64,000 nucleotides of DNA from Nemertoderma westbladi (GCA_032718475.1 JAUCBJ010007877.1:1-64000), one strand, 5' to 3'. Numbered from the stretch's first letter, positions 1-11,605 are shown. Notes: generated by a model from the letters alone, not told the origin. Numbers and translations are program-made.

Positions 1-735
1 TCGAACGAACTCACTATCTCACTTAATTTAACTGCATTAATCATATTGTTTGTACTGTTATTTACCGTCAGTTATTAATTGTACCTATTTGTTGATGGAA
101 ATATTGCTCTTTGGATAATACGGATAAATCACCCAAATTCCCAATTTTCTTGATACACTACAGGTTAGAGAGACCGGCTATACATAACAATTGCGATTTA
201 TATTAATGTGGTGTGTATTGAATCCAATGTTATTTAGCAGACCCTACGTGAGTCAATTGCTGCTCTCTTTATGTGTGATCAAATATACTGACGGTCGGCA
301 GAATAGTGTGCATGATTGTGATTGGTAACAAAGTATTTCCTAAAGAATACGCTTTATACTTTAATCATAAGCAGTATCGTTGCGTTTTAGTATAAGTCTT
401 AGTTCTGTTTAAATAGATAAAGCGCCACGTCCTAAAGGAACTGTTAATATTTCCCGAAAGCCAATAATATCTGTCAGAGATTAATTATTAACGATCTATC
501 GAATAATACAGTAGATTTACACTGCAACCTTACACTGCAATAATACAATTTAAGCATCCGAATTCAGCCTCCCGGGTGTAGATCCATCGGGTGAATGATC
601 GCGCATGGGCTGCCTTCGGCTAATGTTTTGCGTATTAGCATAAAATATTGTCGTATGCTAAAGTGGTTTTAATTAACTAAAAGACATATAAATTTTGGCA
701 GGTTAAACTGCTAAAGGTCTTCAAAAGCGCGAACA
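1..735 (+). mobile_element. 3' part of a BEL/Pao-family LTR (3' LTR or solo LTR; continues upstream of the window)
   Basis: Collinear similarity to LTR 47184-48308 (e.g. AGCGCCACGTCCTAAAGGAACTGTTAATATTTCCC, GGTTAAACTGCTAAAGGTCTTCAAAAGCGCG); ends ...GCGAACA at 735, followed by unrelated AT-rich DNA. Confidence 0.9.
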
Positions 736-1559
736 CATTATATTTTCTTCAATTATCAATTAAAATTTTATTAATTTTTATTGATTAATTTTAACACCAA
801 GCAAGTATTTAAGCGAGTATTTAAAGTGCCCATCATCCTTTCAAATATTTTGTTCTTTTTGTATAACATTTTGGTATATGTAACTTCCAGGGTTCTGGTG
901 TCCTCAGCAAGGACTGCACAGCACAGGCTCCTGGTCTGATGTCCAGACTAAGCCTTCCATATTCGGCCTATTGATAAGTAGAAGATGTATAGGAACTCTC
1001 TCCATGGCTGTCATTCCCTTATAATGCGGCCTTTCCAAACTAACTAACTTATACACAGAAATAAACTCAGTGTTTGTTCTAACAAGGTTCTGAAAATTCC
1101 TTCGCTCGGACCACAGTCTGCCTTGAAGAACCCATGCGAAGGAAAAATTCACTACTTGGCCAACAACAACACTATCACTTGTGAGTGAAGAAATTATCAT
1201 TGTAAGAGTTATAGCAGTTTTTAATATTATTCTATTATTACCTTACCCAACTGTACCGCTAGATGTTTCACGACATTATTATCTCGTTTTCCCGTCGATA
1301 TCCCGTTTTTACAGGCTACCTAAAAAGACTGTACCGCTGTACTACACTACAATACTGTCAGACTCATAATTTTATCTCCGATTTTATTTTATTTTATTTG
1401 CTGTACCTACTGTAATACGCGCGCGAAGGCTTCTGGCAGAGAATACTCGCTGGAGGCCGGGTTCGTAGCCTACAACCACGTCAGAGACCTCAACAAGCGA
1501 TCCCTCGGATCGACAGAACGGGCGTATAGACGAGTGCTAGCGTCCACGTATTTCTGGAT

Positions 1560-4500
1560 ATGGATTACACTCGTCTCCGTAAAATGAACACGGAGACACT
1601 GAAACGGTTCCTTGACAAGAACGATTTAACCACTACGGGATCTCGTCCAGAAAAACTCAAGCGTGCTATGCACCTTTTAGATTTAAAAGGAAAAGCGATA
1701 TTCCCAGAGGACCTCCGTCGGGACTCAGGCACTCCATCCGCTCAATCGTGCACCGATACGCACGACTTCACTTCAACCGGAGTCGATCCTTCATCGAGCT
1801 CAACCGGTGCCGATCATTCCTCGACTTCAACTGGAGTCGATCCTTCCTCGAGTTTAACCGGAGTCGATCGTCCCTCGAGCTTAACCGGAGCCGATCCTTC
1901 CTCGACTTCAACCGGAGTCGATCCTTCATCTAGCTCAACCGGTGCCGATCATTCCTCGACTTCAACTGGAGTCGATCCTCCCCCAAGTTCAACCGGAGTC
2001 GATCCTTCCTCGAGTTTAACCGGTGTCGATCCTTCCTCGAGTTTAACCGGAGTCGATCCGTCCTTGACTTCAACCGATGCCGATCCTTCCTCGTGTTTAA
2101 CCAGAGTCGATCCTTCCTCGAGTCTAACCGGAGTCGATCCTTCCTCGAGTTTAACCGGAGTCGATCCTTCCCCGAGTTTAACCGGAGTTGATCCTTCCTC
2201 GAGTTTAACCGGAGTCGATCCTTCCTCGAGTTTAACCGGAGTCGATCCTTCCTCGAGTTTAACCGGAGTCGATCCTTCCTCGTGTTTAACCGGAGTCGAT
2301 CCTTCCTCGAGTTCAACCGGAGTCGATCCTTCCTCGAGTTTAACCGGAGTCGATCCCTCATCGAGTTTAACCGGAGTCGATCCTTCCTCGAGTTTAACCG
2401 GAGTCGATCCTTCCTCGAGTTTAACCGAAGTCGATTCTTCCTCGAGTTTAACCGGAGTCGATCCTTCCTCGATCGCGGTATCAGGGAACCTCTCCAACAA
2501 GAATCAGTCTAGTCATATCACAAAGATAACCGATTTCTTCAGGAAGAAACATAAACCTGAAATCACTATTCCAGAAACAATAGATCTTACTGAAGATGAT
2601 CCTGAACACAAACATGTATCATTTGACAACAGTGTCATTGACGATGTTACATTGGGTGGAAACTTAAACCCTAAGGTGCGCCACGCTTACAATGAAGCAA
2701 CTAATGATGCCGGCACTGGTTATGATGTTTACCCAGACAACAATCTAAATATGTGCGAACGTGACATACAATCTGAAATTAGAATCTTCATTGACTCTAT
2801 CTGCACTACAGCGCCTAACTACCCAGTACCAGCAAAAGAATCGCTGAAGTGTCTGGAGTTAAACTACAGTGAGCCCAAAAAACAAGGAGAAATAATAAAT
2901 ACAGCAAACCTATGGATTAATGATGATGTAGTTGACGGTTTTCTGGGATTAATCTGCAGGCAGTATCCACATACAGCTCCCATTCTGACAACTCTAACAT
3001 ATAACCTGCGACGACCTGGTCATGATCAACTGAGCGCGGTACAATATGTGGCCCGCCACTACATTGCGAGACACACAAAACACCGACCACATCTAATATT
3101 TTTTCCAGAATGTACCAAAAATCACTGGGTTCTACATGTTGCAGATTTACGAATAAAAACTGTCAAATTGCTAAGCTCAAAAGGTTCTTCTATGCCTACT
3201 AACACGACCTTCGCCATCGCAGACCTACTATCTCTCATTGATTGTAATAACGATTGGAATATATCAGACTCCTCTAGCCGGAAATGGATAGTTGCCGGTG
3301 GTACACCACCATATCCACAGCAACCTGAAGATGATTATGTAAACTGTGGAATATATTTATGCCTGTATGCTCTAGCTCAGGCTCAGGGAAGTTCAACGAT
3401 ATCACCCATTTACCATGATAGTACTGCCGCTAGGCACTGGGTTCTTTCATGTCTCAAGAATTGCAAACTTATGGAACATCCCCAGGTTATTTGTGACCGA
3501 ATGTACGTCCCACTGACTCAAGTAAAAAATAACAGCTCTCTAACTACCGAATCAAATGAGATTTCCTCTTCCGCCGGTGTTGCAAATGTGAAAATTGGCT
3601 ACCTGGAATATGAGAATAGAATCTACGATGAGAGTGGTGTTCAACATCAACAGAGTCGCATCCTCCCACCACCAGCAATACCACATCCTTCAAAATCCAA
3701 ACCATCAGGAAGTGCTTCACATACTAAAATACAACCATCATCGACGAATGCACAATTCCCACAAACATCAACACAACTTTCGTCACAGTCTATGAATAAC
3801 GAAACACTTTCCCACAGAACCTATTCAATTGACTTTACTAATATCATCAAATCAAACAGGAAAAAAGCTCTCAAGATGATATCACAGGAGAATAAGCCTA
3901 AACTGCACTGTGCCAGAGATGAGCTGCTCATTGATGTCAAGCGGTTGATGCACCCAACCCAAAGCTCCACATTTGAAGTAATCTCCAGAAATTCGATCAA
4001 AGAACTGTGCATTGATATTTATGAGCTTTTAATGTGCATAAAGGAGAACCTTTTCACGGAACTATGCAGAAAACGATTGCGAAAGTGTAACATTAGTACC
4101 AGTAGCGTCAAAGTAGAAGATAATGCCACAGACCAACTAAGGCTCGATCTGGTACATTCAGTAGCCACAATTCAGGCACGACTTTCTGTTCTTGAAAATG
4201 AGAATATAGTACTCAAGGAAAGTGTCTGTAATTTAAAAGATGAATTAAATCATGAGCGACATGCACGGATAGTCCTTGAGGCAACTCTTACCTCAAATAT
4301 AAATACAAACAACATCCACTCTTTCGACCATCACAATAAAACTGAAAATCATAACTATATGAAGGAAGCAGATGTGCCCTACAGGAAACAAACCAATCCG
4401 GCATCAGTGGATGTGGACAGACACAGGCATCCAACATTGAAGTCATCTAGATCTAACCAACAAAACACTAATCTGTTTTCAACGAATAAATCTCGAAAAC

Positions 4501-5234
4501 CACAGAATAATGTAAACCATCATAATGGAACAAGTAGACAAATCCCCAAATTGAATCTAGGCAGTGGAAGGGATCATAGACAACAGCCGCAGCCAACAAC
4601 AACTTGCTATAACTATTATGACGCCTTAGGGCCTTTCAATGAAGTGCAGAATAATGTAGCCCATTCAAGGGGATCAAGAAATATGGATCACAACAGAGAG
4701 GACACAAGAACAACCACTGGTAACAACAACCCCTGGCAGAATACAAAACGTAATAACAGGGCATTCGGTCACAGTGAGACCATATCCAAGGAGAAACAAA
4801 ACGATGCATATAAAGTAATACATAATGGAGGCATAAGTTCGCAACCTGGATCATCTGACAAACAAACGCAACACAACAGGAAAGGATACGTCCTGAATAA
4901 CCCATACTCTTATCTCCAAGTCACAGCCGATAGAAGAGATATCGATTTGTTAGGCATTGAAAAGCTTATAAGGAATAGAGGGATACACTTACACAGGATA
5001 TCTTCAGTACATACAGATGGAAACACAACAAGCTTGCAAATCACTACAGATGCGTCAGCACAATCGACTCTACTAGGTAGCTCTTTTTGGCCTCACTATA
5101 TCAACTGTCGAAAGTGGAACATCATGAACATTACAGCTACAGGCAACAACATTACAAAGTTTGGTGGCAACAAATATGTACAGAATGCTAGCAACAATAG
5201 AGTGACTGTTTCTAGGCGGCAGCAGTATGTTTAG
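1560..5234 (+). CDS. LINE ORF1p: SAP-like N-terminus, TGVDPSSSL repeats, Ulp1/SENP (peptidase C48)-like domain, coiled coil, C-terminal FWP motif
   Basis: 1224-aa open frame; LRKMNTETLKRFLDKNDLTTTGSRPEKLKR (SAP pattern); WINDDVVDGFL..IFFP..NHWVL..PQQ..NCGIYLC (C48 pattern); heptads IQARLSVLENENIVLKESVCNLKDEL; SFWPHYINCRKW, a motif typical of LINE ORF1 C-termini. Confidence 0.85.
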   Translation: MDYTRLRKMNTETLKRFLDKNDLTTTGSRPEKLKRAMHLLDLKGKAIFPEDLRRDSGTPSAQSCTDTHDFTSTGVDPSSSSTGADHSSTSTGVDPSSSLTGVDRPSSLTGADPSSTSTGVDPSSSSTGADHSSTSTGVDPPPSSTGVDPSSSLTGVDPSSSLTGVDPSLTSTDADPSSCLTRVDPSSSLTGVDPSSSLTGVDPSPSLTGVDPSSSLTGVDPSSSLTGVDPSSSLTGVDPSSCLTGVDPSSSSTGVDPSSSLTGVDPSSSLTGVDPSSSLTGVDPSSSLTEVDSSSSLTGVDPSSIAVSGNLSNKNQSSHITKITDFFRKKHKPEITIPETIDLTEDDPEHKHVSFDNSVIDDVTLGGNLNPKVRHAYNEATNDAGTGYDVYPDNNLNMCERDIQSEIRIFIDSICTTAPNYPVPAKESLKCLELNYSEPKKQGEIINTANLWINDDVVDGFLGLICRQYPHTAPILTTLTYNLRRPGHDQLSAVQYVARHYIARHTKHRPHLIFFPECTKNHWVLHVADLRIKTVKLLSSKGSSMPTNTTFAIADLLSLIDCNNDWNISDSSSRKWIVAGGTPPYPQQPEDDYVNCGIYLCLYALAQAQGSSTISPIYHDSTAARHWVLSCLKNCKLMEHPQVICDRMYVPLTQVKNNSSLTTESNEISSSAGVANVKIGYLEYENRIYDESGVQHQQSRILPPPAIPHPSKSKPSGSASHTKIQPSSTNAQFPQTSTQLSSQSMNNETLSHRTYSIDFTNIIKSNRKKALKMISQENKPKLHCARDELLIDVKRLMHPTQSSTFEVISRNSIKELCIDIYELLMCIKENLFTELCRKRLRKCNISTSSVKVEDNATDQLRLDLVHSVATIQARLSVLENENIVLKESVCNLKDELNHERHARIVLEATLTSNINTNNIHSFDHHNKTENHNYMKEADVPYRKQTNPASVDVDRHRHPTLKSSRSNQQNTNLFSTNKSRKPQNNVNHHNGTSRQIPKLNLGSGRDHRQQPQPTTTCYNYYDALGPFNEVQNNVAHSRGSRNMDHNREDTRTTTGNNNPWQNTKRNNRAFGHSETISKEKQNDAYKVIHNGGISSQPGSSDKQTQHNRKGYVLNNPYSYLQVTADRRDIDLLGIEKLIRNRGIHLHRISSVHTDGNTTSLQITTDASAQSTLLGSSFWPHYINCRKWNIMNITATGNNITKFGGNKYVQNASNNRVTVSRRQQYV
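1773..2472 (+). repeat. Coding minisatellite, 27-bp unit (TTAACCGGAGTCGATCCTTCCTCGAGT), ~26 copies
   Basis: Directly visible tandem repeat; translates to (TGVDPSSSL)n in ORF1. Confidence 0.95.
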
Positions 5235-8200
5235 CACAAAGACGTCACCACCTGACAAAGTATACAATATTCAACGACCAGATACTTGTGACTTGCGAGT
5301 TGGTACATTTAATGTGCGAGGAATTATCCCGAGCTGGGATGTTGTTGCTGGACTGTTGGATAGCCTAGACATTCTTGCATTGCAAGAAATATGGATGGAT
5401 AATTTAGAAGCTACTTACTTATTACCGAAGTTACACAATGAATTTGATTGCTACTTTACATGTCGAGACTATGTGGTCAACAACGGTGTACGGGGTGGTG
5501 TAGCTATGCTATTTCGAAAATCTACTTTTTCCAATGTCAGTAAAATTGTATCAGGGGAAGATATCATAGGGATACATGCATCACTCTGCCAAGTCGTACA
5601 ACCAGTAGTTGTGTTGAATGGCTATTTCCCTGACACTTCAAAACCCAAAGCAAATTATGAGGAATTTTTGGGGAGACTCAGCAATATCCTTGACCAATAT
5701 GAAGATGCTACACCACTAATTCTAGCTGATACCAACGCTGACCTTGGTCCTTTGCAGGGTCCCCGCAGGGGTCGGGATAAACCAACAGACAGAGGTTCAC
5801 GGTTCAATTCCTTCTTAGTAGACAGAAGTCTGGTTGCAGCTGACACAGAAAATAAATTCTTGGGGCCATGTATTACTTTTCGGGGACACGGATCTTCCTA
5901 TATAGATCACATTATAACCAATGAACATGGCAATGACCAACTTGTTCAGGGTACAATTTTTAAAGAAGAGTGCACATACCACTCGGATCACGTTCCTCTG
6001 ACAGCGCTGTTCCAGTTCAAAACCAGCCGAGTATATAACTGCGAGGAACAACAGCATGACTCCCGCCGGCTCAAAGGTAGAGTTGCATGGAACAGGATAA
6101 GCGAGGATCATCTCACACGTTTTCAAAATGATGTAACGCAGAGAATTAGCGACATATATAAGACATTGCCAAGTGCTACAAAATGGACTGCAGATGACAC
6201 AAATATATTTGTAAACCAACTGCAAATGATACTTACTCTATCAGCCAATCATAACCTCCCATGTACCCATTCAAATAAGCATGTAACAAAGAATTTGCGT
6301 ATACGATCAAGGGTTTTGAAATCAAGAACAAATACATGTCGACAACTATACAATTTATGGTGCAAAGATGGTAAAGGTGATGATAATATATTTGGAGATG
6401 CCTACAAAGAATCGCGTCGTTCAATAAGGAAACTGAAAAATTATCTGACCAAATCTCTCTTACATAAAGACATTCGGAAGAGAGCAACAGGATTTGATAA
6501 AAATCCTAGGCAATTCTGGCAGTATTTTAGTAAGAGAGACAAATCTACGCCACCAAGGGATGTTCAAGAACTTCTAAGAGAAGACTTGAAGTGCAGGAAT
6601 GAACCGAATGTCCAGGAAGATGATGAACTATTGCAGTTTACAGACAAGCTTCGTAGTTCATGTAACGATATTTTGCCACCCATTATTTCTCCTTGCACTA
6701 TTCGACGGGCGATTGCTTCTCTTGCACTGGGGAAAGCAACTGATGCAGCTTCACTAATGGTTGAGCATCTTCTTTGCCTAGAGGAATCATTCATAACTGA
6801 AGTTCTTGCAGATATCGTCAATGCATGCTTTCGATTGGGGGAAGTGCCTGAATTATTTGGCAAAACGTTAATTACTCATATATATAAAGGGAAAAACCGT
6901 CCACAGTTGAATCCAAGGTCCTATCGCCCAATATCTTCAGTTAGTATCTTTGGGAAGGTTTTTGAAAGCGTCCTGCTGCAGGAATATTTGCCTGTGCTTT
7001 TTGAATGCATCCCACTTTCCCAGCTGGCATATCAAAAGAAAATGGGCTCAGATTTAATCATCGCAGCACTTCTAGAATTTTTGAATTCACAACGTAGTCG
7101 GGGTCAAAACGTTTACATGTGTCAGATGGACATGCATGGAGCATTTGATAACGTCCAGTACATTACACTATTCAAGAAGCTATCATCCTACCTCAATCCG
7201 TTCATCTGTCTGTCCTTGGTTTCGTATTATCTCCAAACAGCCGCCTATCTACGTTTTGGTAACTTAATAGATTGTGAGGGAATCATCATTCGGCGGGGTG
7301 TGAAACAGGGTAGCTTGATATCACCATTATTATTTCTCTTCTACACCTCAGATGCTATCTCAGCACTTGAGTCAAGTGGATATGGATTTAACCTTCATCT
7401 TCATTGGTTGGGCTGCCTAGCTTATGCTGATGATGTGCTTCTTTGCAGCCGTACAATGCATGACTTAGAGGCAATGGTGTTGTTACTAACAACAGAGCTC
7501 AACAATATAAAATTGGACATAGAAGGATCCAAAACGAAATGGGCGGTATTCGTTGGGAATGGTCAATCGGCAAAAGAAATCCCGTCGTTTCTAAGTATTA
7601 ATACCACCTTAGTTCCAGCCAGCCCTAAACTTACATTCCTGGGTTATCCATTGTACTCAGTGAATACATCTGCATTAAAGGATGCACAGCAGTCGATCGC
7701 AAGGTTAACCAGCTGCTTTCACAGACATGGTTGGACTACAAGACACTTTGACTGCACAACCGTTGGATATATATGGCGGACGGTAGCTATACCTTCCATC
7801 TTGTATACTCTCAAGTTTACTGTGGGTTCCATGCGTGATACTGAAATTGAACTGTTAGATGTGGCATACCGTAAGGCCTTACGGAGCATCCTCCACCTCG
7901 GACCATATGCAGACAACCAGGTTGTGTACAACCTACTTGGTTGCATTCCACTCTCAATGGAAGTATATCGGCAAAATATTGGGATCATTACACGATCGTT
8001 TGAATCCAACAATATGTTAATTCAGTCATTCCTTCGAGTAAGTGCTTCGGAATACAGTGCTTCTTACACAGGTGTCTTCTCCACATATGAAAAGAGTTAT
8101 AAAGCATACCCACTCCCCAATATGCAGTCTCTTTCAACAAATAAATACTCAAAATCAGCCCTAAAAAATCGAATAATACCAGGTGAAGTATCACTAGCAG

Positions 8201-8307
8201 AGGCGGTCAAAATCAATTTCATAGATAGCTGCTACCGTTTATCTACCAGTTTTAAATTTAAGCACAACATGATATTAGATTTATTTTGTTATCCTACCTG
8301 GTTTTAA
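5227..8307 (+). CDS. LINE ORF2p: apurinic-like endonuclease + reverse transcriptase
   Basis: APE motifs TFNVRG, LQE, ADTN, YIDH, HSDH; RT motifs YRPIS, DMHGAFDNV, GVKQGSLISP, YADD, FLG; no stops in 1026 aa. Confidence 0.95.
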   Translation: MFSTKTSPPDKVYNIQRPDTCDLRVGTFNVRGIIPSWDVVAGLLDSLDILALQEIWMDNLEATYLLPKLHNEFDCYFTCRDYVVNNGVRGGVAMLFRKSTFSNVSKIVSGEDIIGIHASLCQVVQPVVVLNGYFPDTSKPKANYEEFLGRLSNILDQYEDATPLILADTNADLGPLQGPRRGRDKPTDRGSRFNSFLVDRSLVAADTENKFLGPCITFRGHGSSYIDHIITNEHGNDQLVQGTIFKEECTYHSDHVPLTALFQFKTSRVYNCEEQQHDSRRLKGRVAWNRISEDHLTRFQNDVTQRISDIYKTLPSATKWTADDTNIFVNQLQMILTLSANHNLPCTHSNKHVTKNLRIRSRVLKSRTNTCRQLYNLWCKDGKGDDNIFGDAYKESRRSIRKLKNYLTKSLLHKDIRKRATGFDKNPRQFWQYFSKRDKSTPPRDVQELLREDLKCRNEPNVQEDDELLQFTDKLRSSCNDILPPIISPCTIRRAIASLALGKATDAASLMVEHLLCLEESFITEVLADIVNACFRLGEVPELFGKTLITHIYKGKNRPQLNPRSYRPISSVSIFGKVFESVLLQEYLPVLFECIPLSQLAYQKKMGSDLIIAALLEFLNSQRSRGQNVYMCQMDMHGAFDNVQYITLFKKLSSYLNPFICLSLVSYYLQTAAYLRFGNLIDCEGIIIRRGVKQGSLISPLLFLFYTSDAISALESSGYGFNLHLHWLGCLAYADDVLLCSRTMHDLEAMVLLLTTELNNIKLDIEGSKTKWAVFVGNGQSAKEIPSFLSINTTLVPASPKLTFLGYPLYSVNTSALKDAQQSIARLTSCFHRHGWTTRHFDCTTVGYIWRTVAIPSILYTLKFTVGSMRDTEIELLDVAYRKALRSILHLGPYADNQVVYNLLGCIPLSMEVYRQNIGIITRSFESNNMLIQSFLRVSASEYSASYTGVFSTYEKSYKAYPLPNMQSLSTNKYSKSALKNRIIPGEVSLAEAVKINFIDSCYRLSTSFKFKHNMILDLFCYPTWF

Positions 8308-9121
8308 AGTTGTCAAGGTGTGTGACGTAAATGGTAAATAACTTTAATTGATGATACTGTCTCTGTTTACGTAAATAATTATAATTATGATTTTAGTCAC
8401 TGTTTACGATTAGCCATATTTTATTGTCACTGATGTGTCATTTTACTTCATTATTTAACTATTCAATTATATACCAGCTTGACTGGTGCTGCGCCTAATA
8501 GGCGAGAATAAATAAATAATGCTTTGCGAGGTTTTTCCAATAACAGTGTTCATTTACTTCCAAAGAAGATGAAAAAGATCCCCTGAACTGACCAAAGCAT
8601 TCATAAACAAAGGAAGACTAACAAATCAACAACTTTGTGCACATCAACAGCTGCTAAAGTTGTAGTCAAAGCTTCATCAGCAGCGTTGAATGGAAAGAAC
8701 CTAGGAAATCAGTCTGAACTATTCAATGTGCATATTGTTGTCAACAAAACTGACAAGGTACCATCAGAATCTACAGACGATTGCCTGGCTGGTTAGGAGG
8801 TTTACTCTGAAAAACTGTTCAATAATCCTTGAGTACTTCCTGATCACTTCCTTATGTAAAGTCGGTCTCTGACTCCTCTCAAAAACATCACACAGGTAAT
8901 AATATGTTATCTGAAGTAGACTCTAGCTTCTAAGACAAATAAAGCCAGTTATGTTGAGGGCATTTCTCCAGAGGTGAACCAGATCCATGAATCCTTAGTC
9001 CTAAACCATCCATCCCATCATAAAAAGGTATGAAAGAAATGGGGACTAACAAGCTAAATGAGCAAGTGAATGAGCTAAATGAAATGAACAAGCCCTAAGA
9101 AATTAACCTCTGACTAGGTCA

Positions 9122-9690
9122 TGGATACGTCCTTTAAGGTGACACACGTGCTCCTTTCCTCAGAATTAATTAGGTGGACTATGTGCTAAGAATGTCGTCG
9201 CCTTGACAAACATACCGTAGATGGGGTGGAAATACAACCTGCTGATGGTAGTCGAATAGCGGAAAACGAACAATAGAAATGGCAGATCTCGATATTATTG
9301 CTGATGATTTGTGTTTAATCTTAGAAACATTTGTTGGTTCTCAAAGTATACTCTGTAGTGCTAGAACAGGCTGCATCGGAAGTTGGTCTATTCGTAAATC
9401 AAGTGGTCTACAACATTTGGGTTTATAGACCCATTTGTGTCCAATGACCCATGGGGTGGCCCCCAAAGTGACACGCTTGCACATTTCCTCTTCATTACTG
9501 TAGTGGACTATGTGCTGAGCACGAAATACAACCTACCAGTTGTTGTAGAAGTAGAGGAAAACAACCACAACACAATTAACGGCTCTTGCCTTTGCTGATA
9601 ATGTCAGGAACATTGCGGTTTTTAAAGACTACTCAGCAGTCCGTTAGGTAGTCAACTAGCATCCAATGTAGTGGTCTATTTGTAAATGCT
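9122..9690 (+). pseudogene. Two decayed RTE-clade RT fragments
   Basis: Degenerate GDTLAPFLF..VDYVLR..D..ADD coding remnants at ~9122-9420 and ~9455-9690, resembling the RTE RT at 25058-25410. Confidence 0.6.
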
Positions 9691-10798
9691 CCAAAACCAA
9701 ACTTTTATTTTTCATTACATTTCATAACTTGATCACGTATAAACAACATTCCAACACATATTATATGAATGGGGAATCTTTTAGGCTCATTAAGCCAAGG
9801 AATGCCTGTTCACCACCATGGGTGATCTTCCACAGTAAACCCTTCCACTCTCACACATATTATATAATATCTTGATGACAAATAAATGATAAGACAAGTT
9901 GTACAGTACGAGGTATGAATAACAATAGTTAGCATTGCATCATCAATATGGCTATTATTACACGGTAATGGAGAGATAATAATGGATAGGTTGACAGAGA
10001 GAGCTGGATGATTCGCCACGCCCATGTTGTCATGGCAACAACATCAGCGATACGAAATGAGATTCTTACTTTTTATTATTAGAATAATCCCCTCTTGTAC
10101 GACCTGCATATACATATATTATTGTACACAAGTTATTTATAAGAAACAATAAGAATAAGCCATGGAATGGAATTCTAAGTTATTATTTATTAATTGGTTG
10201 TTGGCAACTAAGCAATATCCACGCTTCGTTTCCAATGTAATAGAGCATGGTAAGGAATGCTGCTACCAGATGTTATGTTCTTGTAAAGTAAATGATAAAT
10301 TTTGATAAATTGTTAGATCGTAGGCCAAATAAGAATAGTGTGAGTAACTTATACCCAAAGGACTACCCAAAGGAATACCCAAAGGATGACAGCAGCATTT
10401 GATGAAGTGTGGAAGCACTAGGGTGGGGGGTAAACCGGAAAACCCTACGCCTACATCAATGCCTACTAAAAGACCTACTACCTTTAGTAGGCCTTGGCCT
10501 GCCTACACCTACTGCACACCAACCCCTACACATACTTGCACAGTAAGTCGGTAGGCCTATACATCTGTCTGCTGATTCGTTGTAACAATGTGTTGGCAAG
10601 CTGTATTTTTCGTGGTGTTTGTTATTATACATTTATTATAGGAAGGGATCTAGGGGTCTTAACTTCGAATGATAAGTTTATTTTACCGAAAATAACTTAT
10701 CTTTTATTGGCGCAATTGTAGGACTTTTTAACCGGGTAGTGTACAAATTTAGGAATCGCGTAATTTTTTCTTGAAATTAATATCTCATATCTCTCCAA

Positions 10799-10841
10799 AC
10801 CACGTACGCGTTTCGACCTTACTGGGCCTCATCAGCGTGGT
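10799..10841 (-). ncRNA. Type I hammerhead ribozyme
   Basis: Reverse complement reads ACCACG CTGATGA GGCC CAGTAA GGTC GAAAC GC GTA CGTGGT: intact core, 6-bp stem I, 4-bp stem II, minimal stem III. Confidence 0.85.
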
Positions 10842-11210
10842 GTCGGATTCGAACCTGGGACCTCGAGGTGGAAGCCGAGACTACAACCACTAGGCCACAG
10901 GTTCTTGAAATATGGAGTATTCATTTCAAAGCCAGCTGCCATTTTATTAGCCCCTGATTTTTGATTATTGATAGTAACAATGTGTTGGCAAGCTGTATTT
11001 TTCGAGGTGTTTGTTATTATATATTTATTATAGGAAGGGATCTAGGGGTCTTAACCTCGAATGATAAGTTTATTTTACCGAAAATAACTTATCTTTTATT
11101 GGCGCAATTGTAGGACTAATCCCATCACATGCGTACTTTTTAACCGGGTAATGTACAAATTTAGGAATCGCGTAATTTTTTCTTGAAATTAATATCTCAT
11201 ATCTCTCCAA

Positions 11211-11259
11211 ACCACGTAGGCCTACGCGTTTCGACCTTACTGGGCCTCATCAGCGTGGT
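11211..11259 (-). ncRNA. Type I hammerhead ribozyme copy with a 6-nt insertion at the cleavage site
   Basis: Same motif, but TA is expanded to TAGGCCTA at the GTA site. Confidence 0.7.
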
Positions 11260-11605
11260 GTCGGATTCGAACCTGGGACCTCGAGGTGGAAGCCGAGACT
11301 ACAACCACTAGGCCACAGGTAATTGAAATATGGAGTATTAATTTCAAAGCCAGCTGCCATTTTATTAGCCCCTGATTTTTGATTATTGATAGTAACAATG
11401 TGTTGGCAAGCAGTATTTATCTAGGTGTTTGTTATTATATATTTATTATAGGAAGGGACCTAGGGGTCTTAAAAATAAAAATACAGCTCAATACAGGTCG
11501 AAAAATACTGCTTGCCAACACATTGTTACTACCAATAATCAAAAATCAGGGGCTAATAAAATGGCAGCTGGCTTTGAAATTAATACTCCATATCTCAAGA
11601 ACCTG

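Larger units (their letters stand above)
1195..8520 (+). mobile_element. Full-length two-ORF APE-type non-LTR retrotransposon (LINE; clade uncertain, RTEX/CR1-group-like)
   Basis: ORF1 and ORF2 overlap by 8 nt; the 3' UTR ends in hairpin CGCCTAATAGGCG followed by an (AAAT)n tail at ~8507-8520; 5' boundary approximate. Confidence 0.88.

Noticed and set aside
1417-1559. HDV-like ribozyme in the GC-rich LINE 5' UTR
   Set aside because: Some pairing is possible, but I could not build the nested double pseudoknot by eye
1748-2512. Alternative-frame and antisense ORFs over the ORF1 repeat
   Set aside because: By-products of the stop-poor 27-bp repeat
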